63,557 nucleotides of DNA, filler included, from Octopus bimaculoides (GCF_001194135.2; 4 parts of 4 records of this genome joined end to end with filler, not necessarily neighbours in it), one strand, 5' to 3'. Shown: positions 23,555 through 36,240, counted from the whole stretch's first letter. Numbers and translations: made by a program. Notes: generated by a model from the letters alone, not told the origin.

Positions 23555-25985
23555 TATTCAGAATTGCACAGCCGAGTCCTAACAACAAGACCGAATCCAG
23601 AAAGACACAGCCGAGTCCAAAATGGCACAGTGAGACCAAGTATAGGATTACTGCATCCAGAAGAACACTGCTGAAAGCTGAAGGATATTAGAGAATCGCA
23701 AACATCAGAGCTGGGTCCAGAAAGGCACTGTCAGTTGAATATATGGAATTGCGAGTCCAGAACGGCAGTTCAAAGTCCTGAATGATGTTACCAATTCCAA
23801 ACGCCAGTGTCAGGCTCAGGAAGATACTACCCATTCCAGAGCGATACTGTTGTATCCTAAATTTTACAACTGTTGGTTGAATGACAAAACTAAGTTCAGA
23901 ACAGCACGGCGTGTTCCATAACAACGCAGACGATCCCATAACGGCAAAATGACTAAAGGTCTCCAGAACGGCACAGCTGAATCCAGAACAACACATTAGA
24001 GTCCAAAATGGCACTAGTGTACCCCAAATGGCACTGAATATTCAAGAACGACACTACCGAATTCAGAATGTCAGGACTTAGTTCAGAACGGCGTTGCCAA
24101 GGGCAGAAAAACATACTGGAGTCCAGAACGATACTGTCGAGACAAGAACAAGACAGCTGAATCTAGAAGGTTCGTGTAGTATGCACGAAAGTACAACTGA
24201 GTACAAACGATACAGCCGACTCTAGAATGGAAAAACCGATTCCAATATGATCATTGCCGAGTCTGGAAAGGTACTACAGCGTCCAGAATGGCAATGACGA
24301 GTCCAAAACAACACTGCTGTATTCAGAACAGCGCTGCAAAGTTCTGAAAATCCCTACCAAATCCATACCGGTACAGCCGTGTCCATAATGGAACTGCCAA
24401 TTCAAGAACTGTAGCATCAAATCCAGAACAATAATGCCGAGTTCAGAACATCACAGCCGCTAGTAGAACAGCACAACCGAAATCAGAACGACACACCCGA
24501 GTTCAGAATAACATTGCTAAATTTAGTTGTAATTGCGGAGTCTAAGTAAGGAGTTGCCGAATTCAGAAATGTACAGCCTTTTCCAGAACAGCACTGCTCA
24601 GACTAAAACGACAGACTCAAGTTCAGAAAAGCATTGTCGAGTTCAGAAGGTCATTTCAAATTCAAGAACGGTACTGCTAATCTCGAAACACACATATGAA
24701 TCCAAAAAACACTACTGCATCCAGAACGGCACTCCTGTGTCAAGAAAGGCACTGCTTAATCTAAACAGGCACTGCTTAATCTAAACTGGCACTACTGGTC
24801 TAGAAAGGCACTACTGAGGCTGTCAAATCTAGAACAGAATGTTACCACCGAGTCCAGAAGTACATGCTAGTTCAAAAGTTCAGAATGGTACTACAGTTTC
24901 CAGAAGGGCACCACCGAAGTTAGAAGGGCATTATTGGTTTTTCAGAACAGCGCAAGCGAATCCAAAAGAAAATTGTTAAATACAGAAACATACTGCACGC
25001 CCAGAATAGCACTGTCGATATCAGAACGGTACTAGCAAGACCAAAACGGCACAGTCACATTCAGAATGTGCTACCTGACCGAATTCAGCGAAGCTGAGTC
25101 TAGATCAGCATTGCCAAGACCCGAATTCCAGAATTCCGAACGATAACACCAAGCCTTGAACAGCATTGCCGAATCAAGAATGGCCATACCGAGTCCCGGA
25201 CGATACAGAGCAGTACAGAACAGTACAACCGAATCCAGAATGGCATTACTAAGTCCAGACTGACGCTGTTAATTCAATAATTGTAATACTGATACCGGAA
25301 TGGCATTGCTAAATCTAGAACAGCTCTTTCGTCCCAAAGACAGAACTTCCAAGCCTAGAATAGAAAGACGGAGGTATGAAGGCAGTGCTATGTTCAGAAG
25401 AGCCCTGACTAGTCATAAACAGTGCTGCCAATTCCTGAAGGTCACTACACAATCAAGGACGATACAACCGAATTCAGAACCGCACTATCAAGACACTGAA
25501 CGCCACTGGTCAAGTTAAGAATGGTGATGCTGTGTACAGAACGGCACTGCCAAGTCCAAAACTGTTCTATCGGGCCGAGAACGGTTCTGCTGAGTTAGTA
25601 ACTGCATTGCTGAATCAAGAGTGGTTGTGTAGAGCTATTCTTGATTCGGTTATGGTGTTTGGATTCGGCAGAGTCCTTCTGGAATCAGTAATATTGTTCC
25701 GAAAACGGTAGGAAGTCGGCAGTGTGTTTCTGGATACTCTACTGGACTAGACAATGCTGGTGTTGTCTCGGCTTTGCCGCTCTGGACACTACATTACTGA
25801 ATCCAAAACAGCACTGCTGAGACCTGTACGGTTCAAGTGAGTCCCAAGATTACTGTCGTATCCACAACGACAGATTCGAATTCAGAATGGACGACACTGC
25901 TGCATGAAGAAAAGCATTGTCAAATCCAGAATGACACTTTCAAATCCAGAAAAGCGCCACCGAATCTAGTGCTTGTATCAGAGTA
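23555..25985. repeat. Degenerate 20-bp tandem array (~120 units), consensus approximately TCCAGAACGGCACTGCCGAG
   Basis: TCCAGAA/TTCAGAA cores recur every ~20 nt (e.g. tccagaacggcacagctgaa, tccagaacaacacattagag, tccaaaatggcactagtgta); exact 20-bp duplication at 24747-24786. Confidence 0.88.
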
Positions 25986-26174
25986 CAATCCCCATTACAA
26001 TGTGATATGCCTGCTATCATTAGTCAAGATGATATGTCTGCTATCATTAGTCATTCTGGAGAGTATAATTCTGGTGATCATCTTATCCCATATAGAGACA
26101 GTGCTATTCAATGATAGGCACCGCCTTGAAAGGTTTAGTCAGATAATTAGATCTCAGTAATTATATTTTTAAAA

Positions 26175-26445
26175 CCCGGTATTTATTCTATCGGTTCTTT
26201 TCGCTGACGTAAACAGATTAACGCTAGTTGTCAACCAGTGGTAGGGGACGAACACAAATGTAAAGACACACGCACATACGTGAAGCCTCTTTAAGTCTTC
26301 ATCTACAAAATCCACTCACAAGCCTTTGGCCAGCCCGAGCTAATTGTAGAAGATACTTGCCACAGGTACCGTGTAGTAAGACTGAACCCAAAACTACATG
26401 GTTGGGAAGTAAGCTTCTGAACCACACAGTTACGCTTGCACTCTG
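26175..26445 (-). mobile_element. tRNA-derived SINE, family A (degenerate)
   Basis: Reverse complement shows A-box-like ctgtgtggttcag and B-box-like gggttcagtc; body matches copies at 36241 and 39821. Confidence 0.75.
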
Positions 26446-27412
26446 ACCGGTCGGTAATTATCCTTCCGCAAAGTTTGTAGTCAGATAAAAAATTAAAAAA
26501 TTCTGTTTCATTTCTGGTTTCCAGTATTTACTTTATGTACTGATGGTAAATGTTGCATTTCTATAGCAAAATCTTTTTGAGAATGTATATGTTTATGTGC
26601 GAAATAAAAAAAAAATCGGCCAAACGTTTAACATTAAAAGTTTGAGTTAATTCTGCAATAACATTATCAGTCAAACATAAAATACAATATTCTAAAATTG
26701 GTCGCTACTGCCGAATCATCTGTTATTTGTTACAGTTTGTCACCAGATGTTGCTTCTCTCTTCTCTTTCGACTCACGCAATTCAATAAGGGGATACTGCT
26801 CTTACTATAACAAGAGAAAGTTTTCATTTTAATTAGTTAAAACAGATTCACACCAATAGGTAGAGCTTCGAATAAATATAATACACTCAACAAAAGGCAC
26901 TTTCTCATTTTTTCGACTCAAGCAGGTAGCAAATTAAAGATGCCGGCATCCACTCGTTGTCAAAGTATAAAAAAAAACCCCAAGAAAAATGTATCAAAGA
27001 CGAAAGAAAATAAAGCTCTCATATACGTGTGCAGAAGATTTTTCTTTTTACTTCAGTTTAGTTAAAACATAAACTTTGTCTATAATATAAGACTAAATCT
27101 GAGAGTATCGCATGGAAAACACAATTGCAGAACATGGAAAAGTATTTAAAAAATCATATAAATACGTTTGATTTTGATGTAAAAAAAAAAAAAAGGGAAA
27201 AAAGCCTCTGCAGATGTTCAGTGAATTTTATGCTTTCTTCAGATTAAAAAAGAAAATATTTTCAAGTTACATGACAAATCTGTTCACCGTCACTTATTCC
27301 TCTCCAGAATCTAATGATCTGTTCATTTCATAAGGAAATAGATCCCGGTAACAATGTGATAGAAAGAATCTCTATCGTTTTTGAGAAAGGGGCTGTCAAA
27401 TATCCATAGGCC

Positions 27413-28805
27413 TGTAGGGCAAGATTCATGACAGACGAACTGTAGACAGGAACTTCACTGCGCGCTAGCTAAGTGCACTTCCGGGAGAGAAGCGAAGCAA
27501 AATAATGTAAGCGGTAAGCATTAAATGAATCTGGATAACTGGCGACTTCGGCCCTGATGTACGTAAAGTAATAAAACTTTGGTAAATACATTCTCACTAG
27601 TTTATTTGTGTATAGCTTAACAAAGTTTTAACTGATGACTCTAACGATACAACAACAGCTCTCGCTATCGAAATAAACATGGCAAGCGACAAAACACCAC
27701 TGAGGCTATACCTCTCCGAAGCACGAAAACGCAAGAAGTCAGCTGAGTCTTCGTCGCAAACTGGGTGGCCCGTTTCGGTGTCCCAGACCGCATTTCATCC
27801 GATCGGTGTCCACAATTCACCTCAAATCTGTGGAATGACATGTGTAACCTTTTTTGAATCATAATGAACCGCACAACAGCCTACCATCCACATGCCAACG
27901 GATTAGGGGAGAAATTTCACCGTCACCTGAAGGAATCCCTGACAACCAGACTTAATGGGCTAAATTGGATTGACCAAATCCCATGGGTGATGCTGGGAAT
28001 CCGCACCGCCCCAAAGGAAAATCTCGACACTTCCTCCGTGGAAATGGTGTATGGTGCCCCTCTTACAGTGCCAAGAGAGTTCCTTCTGAATACGAAATCA
28101 GACCCGGTTATCAAAAGGTACCTCGCTCAACTGAGAGACAGCGTGGGCCAGTTGCACCCTGTTCCCGTGTCGACACACGGTAGACCCAGATCATGCGTAC
28201 CAAATAACCTCCGCATGGCTAGCTTTGTATTCGTTTGACGTGACACACAACAAAAACCCCTCCAGTCACCCTACAATGGTTCATATCAAGTCATACATCC
28301 GGGAGATAAATCATTTCAACTCCTAATTGGCAGACGACAAGACACAATCTCCATCGATAGGTTGAAACCGGTCCATCCCGATATTGACAGCCCCGTTCTG
28401 GTAGCCCAACCATCATTTGGGGCCACCCTAGGCAGATCACACCAACGATTGACAAGGAACAGTCACCAAAGAACCGAGTAACCACACACAATTAAAATGC
28501 CTTCCCGGATACAATGACACTCAACAGTTCTGGTGATCGGGGTTCTATGTAGGGCAAGATTCATGACAGACGAACTGTAGACAGGAACTTTGCCGCGAGC
28601 TAGCGAGGGAGTTGGTCTGCAGCGAAGTGCACTTCCGGTAGACAAGCGAAGCAAAATAATGTAAGCGGTAAGCATTAAATGAATCTGGATAAACTTAACA
28701 GAAATAACTGGCGACTTCAGCCCTGATGTACGTAAAGTAATAAACCTTTGGTAAATACACTCTCGTCTCCACTAGTTTATCTGTGTATAGCTTAACAAAG
28801 CTATA
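27413..28805 (+). mobile_element. Internally deleted Gypsy element with both LTRs and a partial integrase
   Basis: LTRs ~27413-27630 and 28548-28805 (TGTAGGGC...); flanking GGCC at 27409-27412 and 28806-28809; PPT-like GGGGTTCTA before the 3' LTR; integrase DRCPQFTSNLW...RTTAYHPHANG...FHRHLK...MLGIRTAPKE...PYNGSY...SIDRLKP. Confidence 0.9.
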
Positions 28806-29207
28806 GGCCCCTCACTGATGTAACGGTTGATCCCCTTATAGGTCCTGGACACTCACACTCACACACAAACATCATGTATACGCGCGCACGCGCACGTGTG
28901 TGTGTGTGTAAGTATATATACTTATGTGTGGGTGTATGTAAATGCGTACGTACGTATGTCTATGTATACATGTTTGTACGTGTGTATATATGTATATAGA
29001 TACATGCATGCGTGTATACGTGTGTATGAAGGCATGCATAAATATGCGTGTGAGCTTCGTCAGGATCACTCAAACTAATAGGTATGCATTCTTAGGGCTC
29101 AAATAGTTGTGCCACCAAAATTCCAGTTAGATCAGCGGTTGAAGTTGTAGTTGTGTGGTTGTCTTGTTCAAAAACAGCCATAGGTGGCATCCCTTTGAAT
29201 CAGTAGG

Positions 29208-29803
29208 TATAGGTTAAAGTAGTGAGGAAAGGCAATCTAGGACAAGGACATTTAATTTCATTTAATTCAATCTAAAATTTAGCAACGTAACGAATGGTAA
29301 AAATAGTACAAAATCGTAAAGACAGTCTCTGACAGCTGGGATATCCCAGCCATTGTAGCATGATATCAAGCGAAGACTCAATAAATGGAGAAAAATAGGT
29401 CAGACAGTGGAAGAATGTTCTCCTCCATCAATGATATTTGTTGTGGTTCTTTATGCGCAGAAAGGTAGGAAGGTCTAATTAAATCCAATTAGATCGGGTC
29501 TTTTTTATGTAGATCCATGATCAGAAAGAATGATCAAGTGGTACAAAATGGTGAGAAGAGGGAAATAATTGTTATGCAGTATTTGATATTGAGGGAAAAT
29601 GAAAATGAATCTGGAACTGCCATGCACAGCTTTGGATCTGCTAGCATTCATTTTCAAATTACCTTAATATGAGACTACTTTTACAATTTTGTGCTATTTT
29701 ACCATTCGTTATGTAGCTAAATTTTAGATTGAATTAAATGAAATTAAATGTCCTTGTCTTGCATTGCCTAATTGTTTGCCTTTCCTCGCTACTTTAACCT
29801 ATA
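29208..29803. mobile_element. ~600-bp MITE-like non-autonomous DNA transposon with ~125-bp TIRs
   Basis: 29208-29330 (tataggttaaagtagtgaggaaaggc...cagtctc) is the reverse complement of ~29670-29803 apart from a small indel; TA or AT dinucleotide flanks; no ORF. Confidence 0.8.
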
Positions 29804-30449
29804 TATAGTCAACAAATATTGAAGAGGTTGCAAGAAGCAATGAAAATTAAAAAAAAAATAAATGAGTGGAAATTGAACCGGTGAGTGTGTCAATTAATAA
29901 GGCATTAAAACAGAATAACTCTTCCCCAGACACTATATATATATATATAGGTTAAAAAAAAACACAAAAAACAATAACAAAAAAACACCAAAGTGAGGAC
30001 GTGATACGGATAGTGTTATTGGACGCTAGGGGGAATTTAAAAAAAACAACAATAATATGCTGTAAATAACTGTAAAATAAAATCATAGATGGGAAAAATC
30101 TTCACCTTCCTTATCATTATCTATATATATACATGTGTGTGTGTGTGTGTGTGTGTGACTGTGTGTGTGTGTGTATGTGTGTGTGTGTGTGTGTGTGTGN
30201 NNNNNNNNNNNNNNNNNNNNNNNNNNNNNNNNNNNNNNNNNNNTTAATTAATTAANNNNNNNNNNNNNNNNNNNNNNNNNNNNNNNNNNNNNNNNNNNNG
30301 GTGGTGGTGGTGGTGGTGGTGGTGGTGGTGGAGTCTCTGTGTATTGTTGTCAGTATTGCGTTGTGATACTTTGCATGTTTTTATCGGTGTTCTCGTTGTT
30401 GTTGCCATAACTATCCCCACTCGGATCGTTATTCTTACAACTACAGTTA

Positions 30450-30455
30450 TTGTTA

Positions 30456-30512
<57 letters not shown>
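30450..30512. repeat. (ATT)n microsatellite
   Basis: Directly visible. Confidence 0.95.
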
Positions 30513-30513
<1 letters not shown>

Positions 30514-30558
30514 CTGTCTTGTTATCAATAGCTTTCTCATTATTGTCGGCGTGGATAG

Positions 30559-30770
30559 GGCGGCGAGCTGGTAGAATCATTAGCACGCAGGGCGAAATGC
30601 TTAGCAGTATTTCGTCTGTCTTTACATTCTGAGTTCAAATTCCGCCAAGGTCGACTTTGCCTTTCATCCTTTCGGGGTCGATGAATTAAGTACCAGTTGC
30701 ATACTTGCGTCGATCTAATCGACTGGCCCCCTCCTCCATAATTTCGGCCGTTATGCCTAGAGTAGAAAAG
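30559..30770 (+). mobile_element. tRNA-derived SINE, family B
   Basis: GGCGGCGAGCTGG (A box) ... GAGTTCAAATTCC (B box) ... AAGTACCAG body. Confidence 0.85.
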
Positions 30771-30789
30771 ATTTTTGTCGGCGTCGGTA

Positions 30790-30990
30790 GGGCGTCGAGC
30801 TAGCAGAATCGTTAGCACGTTGGGCGAAATGCTTAGCGGTATTTCGTCCGCCGCTACGTTCTGAGTTGATATCTCCGCCTTCGTCCTTTTGGGGTCGATG
30901 AAATAAGTACCGGTTATTCACTGGGGTCGATGTAATGGAACTAGCCCTCTTCCCCAAAGAACTTCTAAGGTCTCGTACCTCGAGTAAGAA
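30790..30990 (+). mobile_element. tRNA-derived SINE, family B (more diverged)
   Basis: Aligns to 30559-30770. Confidence 0.8.
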
Positions 30991-31199
30991 TAATTATTGT
31001 CGGCGTGGATGTTATTCATGTTATTGTCTTTACTGTTACTCCAGCTAGTGGTGGTGTGGTGATGTCACTGGTTCTAGTGTTAAGGTTTGTGGTCTTGCTA
31101 TCTTTCATTTTGTTGACCTCCACTCCGTCCCTCATTCCTTTTACCGCTTCTGCTGCTCTCCAGCTGCTGCTATTCTGGGCCCCTGGATTTGCCTCTTCC

Positions 31200-31470
31200 C
31201 TATAGTTTCTTATTTCTTTATTGCCCACAGGGGGCTAAACATAGAGGGGACAAACAAGGACAGACAAACTGATTAAGTCGGTTATATCGACCCGAGTGCG
31301 TAACTGGTACTTATTTAATCGACCCCAAAAGGATGAAAGGCAAAGTCGACCTCGGCGGAATTTGAACTCAGAACGTAACGGCAGACAAAATACCGCTAAG
31401 CATTTCGCCCGGCGNNNNNNNNNNGAACGTAACGGCAGACAAAATACCGCTAAGCATTTCGCCCGGCGTG
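31200..31470 (-). mobile_element. tRNA-derived SINE, family B
   Basis: Reverse complement of the same consensus (GGCGGAATTTGAACTC is the B box reversed). Confidence 0.85.
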
Positions 31471-31479
31471 CTAGCGTTT

Positions 31480-31700
31480 CTTATTTCTTTATTGCCCACA
31501 AGGGTATAAACATAAAGGGAACAAACAAGGACAGTCAAAGGGATTAAGTCGATTACATCGACCCTAGTGCGTAACCGGTATCTAATTTATCGACACCGAA
31601 AGAATGATAGGCAAAGTCGACCTCGGCGGAATTTGAACTCAGAAATACCGCTGAACATTTCGCCCAGAGTGCTAACATTTCTGCCACCTCACCGCCTTCC
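31480..31700 (-). mobile_element. tRNA-derived SINE, family B
   Basis: Second reverse-oriented copy with an internal deletion. Confidence 0.8.
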
Positions 31701-32195
31701 TTATAGTTTCTCTTGTGTCGCTGCTGCTGCTGCTGCTGCTATTGTTGTTATTAACCTTTATTTTGGATTTGTTTTACCTTTCTGTGTTTCTGTGTTCGTT
31801 CACGTGGTTACTGCTGATGTTACTGTTGCCATCGTGGTTGGTGTTGCTTTTAGTGCCAACAAATTTAGAAGTGCTGCTGCTGCTGCAGTTGCTGTTGTTA
31901 TTGTTGTTGTGGCCGATTCTGTCGATCTTGTTATTGTTGTTATGTTTGTTGAGATTCCTCCAAATTTTTGTGAATACTTTTTCTATTTCAGAGAGGGAAC
32001 GTATTATATTTATCTTTCTGTATACGGCGAACTCTGGTGGTACCTGAAGTGCTGATTATTCATATCGGTCGACAGGTATATTTCCAAAAATGCTATCTTT
32101 ATTGTCTGTACTAAATTCGTCTGTTAGTGGGGCGTCTGTCACGTATATATCTCATCGATCCCCTCTGGGTACCTCCGTTTTTCTTCATACATACA

Positions 32196-32229
<34 letters not shown>

Positions 32230-33417
32230 CATACATACATAAGTATATGTGTGTGCTTGTCTATATATGTAGTTTTTCTCTTTCCTCAAGTTATGTTATC
32301 GCGTACATGTAACTACGAGTAGCGTTGAAGCCAGAGACATGGTACTCAAAGATAACAATGTTATAGACCGTTTCTCTGTAATATGCAGTGGTGCGTTTTG
32401 TTTTGTTTTTATAATATTCAATTCGCATTAAATTTACTTTACCTTTTGCAACGTTCAATTCAGTTGATAGTACCGCATTGAATCTTCTCTTCAAACGTTA
32501 AAGAATTTTCGAAAAACTCTTCTTTTTTCTTAATAATTCTTGAAGTGAAATTATAACATGAGAAAGTTTTATGAGAGATGATAACAAAAGAAAGTTCAAA
32601 GCATAAATGCAACAAACGCAATCTTATATAAACAAATATAAAAATTAAATAAACTGAAATGTAAACAAATTAATAAATTAAAACGAAATATATTTCCGTG
32701 ATTCAAACAATGTGTTCATCGCATCGTGACATGAAATCTTTAAATCATTATATTTCTAAGTTGAGTGAGAAATACAGCTACCTTAACTTAATTGCAAAGC
32801 TAACAATAAATTATTTTTAAAAGACGGAAGCAAAAAGACTGTTCAGCTATCGAATCAGTAGGCTTTGATATATCATTTTTTTAACAATACATTTGAATTT
32901 TATCAGTATTTTCTTTTCGGCGATGCATTTGATAATTTCGTGAAAATTAGTGTGACAAAACAGCAAATATTTCACGCTTCCACATGCATTGGAGTAAAAT
33001 AACATCAATTTGGTAAATAATAACAATATAAAATACTAGAATACACAAGGAAACGTAAAATCTGACACTATGATAATGGTTTGTTAAAAGTTATTTCTAT
33101 TATAATGTTATTTAATTAAACAAGTGATGAGTTAATTTAAATTTCAGTCTAAAATTATAAGGATAGACTCTCTTTTAGTCTTCTGTTTCTATCATCGAAG
33201 TTTGTAGGCTTATCGAATGCGAGGAGCACGTTCAATTTAGATACGCGATTGAACATTAAATTTAAAAGTCAATATATTCTATTTAGCATATATGTATGAA
33301 TATACACAGATATAAATATATACAAAGATACATGCACACACATATATATGTATATATGTATTTGTATATATATATATATGTATGTATGTATATATGTATA
33401 TATGTATGTATATATGC

Positions 33418-33685
33418 GTATTGCTCGGGCTGCCACAAAAACTACATAGGGTCCACAGGATTATCGCTCAGACGCAGATGCACTCTGCATCGACAGCAGA
33501 TTGCATGCCCAGAATACCGAATGATACCTTTTAGTGAGCATATTGAGAAATGCGCAAAACAAATGCTACCACAATATATAATCTTTCCTTTCTATCAATG
33601 TGCCATTAGAACACCAACACAAATTAGATTAAATAAGGAAACCTTCTTCATTCAAAAATACAAACCCAAACTTAACCATTGCTAA
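33418..33685 (+). mobile_element. Penelope-like GIY-YIG endonuclease C-terminal fragment
   Basis: [27 protein letters not shown]...SEHIEKC...IFPFY...RLNKETFFIQKYKPKLN; the N-terminal part of ORF 33296 is microsatellite. Confidence 0.85.
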
Positions 33686-34176
33686 CACATTTAATTAAGG
33701 AAATTCATCACCCCACTGAGAGGGAAAAAATATAGAACAAAACCATGGTAAATTAATCAAAATCTNNNNNNNNNNNNNNNNNNNNNNNNNNNNNNNNNNN
33801 NNNNNNNNNNNNNNNNNNNNNNNNNNNNNNNNNNNNNNNNNNNNNNNNNNNNNNNNNNNNNNNNNNNNNNNNNNNNNNNNNNNNNNNNNNNNNNNNNNNN
33901 NNNNNNNNNNNNNNNNNNNNNNNNNNNNNNNNNNNNNNNNNNNNNNNNNNNNNNNNNNNNNNNNNNNNNNNNNNNNNNNNNNNNNNNNNNNNNNNNNNNN
34001 NNNNNNNNNNNNNNNNNNNNNNNNNNNNNNNNNNNNNNNNNNNNNNNNNNNNNNNNNNNNNNNNNNNNNNNNNNNNNNNNNNNNNNNNNNNNNNNNNNNN
34101 NNNNNNNNNNNNNNNNNNNNNNNNNNNNNNNNNNNNNNNNNNNNNNNNNNNNNNNNNNNNNNNNNNNNNNNNNNNN

Positions 34177-34234
<58 letters not shown>

Positions 34235-34717
34235 TGTATGTATGTATATTTTCCATTTATATTAAGGGCATTGCTATACATAAATGCCTCAATGCCTCAC
34301 GCAAGGAGGGACTCTTAAAGTCAAAACTACCATAACATGATTATGAAATCATATGATCTGCAGCTGAGTCTGTTTCTAAAATGTTCGCTTTGAGAGGTGC
34401 ATTTCCTCGCGTTCGGTACAATGTTTTTATTATGGTCGTTTTGACTTTAAGTGAATGTGTGTCTTGACATGGCTGGATGTGTGTGTGTGTGTAAGTGTGT
34501 CCGTTTGTAACATGTTGTTTTGTGGATGATGGTACAGGGTGTGCGGATGATAGTGGGTGGTGTGGGTGCTGGGAAGTGGTCAGTGTTAGTGTGTGTGCAG
34601 TGGTGTGTTGTGAAGGTGCAGGATGTGAGGATATGGGGTAGGAGTGTGCAGATGGAATGGGGATGTGGTGTGTGGGAGGTGGAGGTAGGGTGGGTGTGGA
34701 ATGGGGCTGGTATCAAT

Positions 34718-34800
34718 GAAGAGAGAAGGTGAGTAGGAGTGAAGAGAGAAGGTGAGATGGAGTGAAGAGAGAAGGTGGGTAGGAGTGAAGAGAAGAAGTA
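34718..34800. repeat. 23-bp minisatellite within a G-rich low-complexity tract (34450-34870)
   Basis: gaagagagaaggtgagtaggagt-like unit at 34718, 34741, 34764, plus a partial fourth. Confidence 0.85.
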
Positions 34801-36240
34801 GGTGTCAGATGAAGAGAGGAGATGAGTTAAGCCCATGTGACGCAGAGGAGAGAAAGGGAGAAGACTAATTCCTCTTTACAGCGAAGGCGGGAGTTCGGAT
34901 GGCCCTTGTGCAAAGACAATCCGAACACAGACCAGATAGGTGCTGTAGTGAATGAGCGGTAGAGCGGAAAGACGCGAGAAATGGAGATAAGGACGGTAAT
35001 AATTGTTTATTATTAACAAATAGGTCATTTTCACTTTTTGCTACTGTTTCAATTAATACTCAATAATTCAATTACAAATTTGTACATTAAATTTACATTT
35101 ATGTGACATGAGTATAATTTCATCATTGGAAAAAAAGATGTACCTTTAGATGTTGTATGTATGCTAATCGATTCATTTTAACAGCAATTTATTAGAACAC
35201 ATTGTCATTCTGTGGAGTATATATGATTTGAGATTACCTTCATTTAATATTCTCATTGCATTATGAGATAATTAGCTACATTTAACTGACTTTAATTGTT
35301 TGGGATGATCTTCAGATGGAAACTGATAAGTATGAAATCATAATACATAATTATTAGAGCGAATAATTATATTATGCTAGATGCGACGGTAGTTACACTT
35401 GATATTAGGAGATCATTGTTGCATAATTAGGTATATTACCATCAAAAATTGTCTTTAATATTCCTTATTTTCCAAATTGAAAGGTACACGGCACCTCAGA
35501 TAATCAAGAGTGTATTACGAAGTAACTGACAATATTTTCATTTACTGCCATTCACATGTATGCCTGTATGCACCATGTGTACATGTATATATGTATGTTT
35601 ATGTTTATATGCGTTTGTTGCGACTCTAGCTTCCTTTTTACTCTCTCGTCCTTATATTCCTTTTCAAGCATCCCAGCTTCCTCTTTTCCTCCTTCTCTCT
35701 CTCACCCATTCACTCGTAATTGTAGACTTTCTCCCTTCCTCCCCTCCCTGTTCTCTCTGCCTCTCTCTCTCATCCTACTTCTCTTGTATCTACTGCCCAC
35801 ACGGAACCTGTGACTAATTTCCCCATTCCTCTGCCTTTCACCACCAGACGCTTGGCTCGCCGGTTAATATCTATCTCCTCTCTTGTTATTTCTCTTCCTA
35901 TATCCATTCAGGGTTTCTACCCGGCGTTACCCATCGTCTGTTTGGCTAAAAGGCCGTATTTATTCCGTCTTCGTCAATCGTTCCAAATTACAGTTATTTA
36001 TTTTCGTACATACACTCTGTATTGTTTTGTTTGCTCGAGCCCTAATTCTCCGCAAATTTTGCGTATGCCGTCGATATGCGAAGTTCTCTGTCTTATCTTC
36101 AAAGGCATGAAACTGTGTATTAACACGCCGGTTGATAACCGAAGAAAAATTAGGGTCCTCCTGTGTCTCTCCTATCTGTACATTGTTTAGTAATTAATGC
36201 ATTTTTCATTTATATATATATATATAACTGTCCTTCAATT

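Noticed and set aside
23555-25985. CRISPR-like or coding-repeat interpretation of the 20-bp array
   Set aside because: No invariant repeat with unique spacers, no cas genes, eukaryotic context; the period is not a multiple of 3 and there is no long ORF.
26940-27300. Possible THAP/Harbinger-like peptide traces (YVCRRFF, EFYAFFRLK)
   Set aside because: Too few conserved residues to support by eye.
30244-30255. TTAATTAATTAA islands inside N runs (also 46143-46154 and 52424-52435)
   Set aside because: An identical six-frame-stop linker inside gaps is a scaffolding artefact, not biology.
31364-31470. Exact duplication either side of a 9-N gap (similarly 37930-38120)
   Set aside because: Typical unmerged contig overlap.
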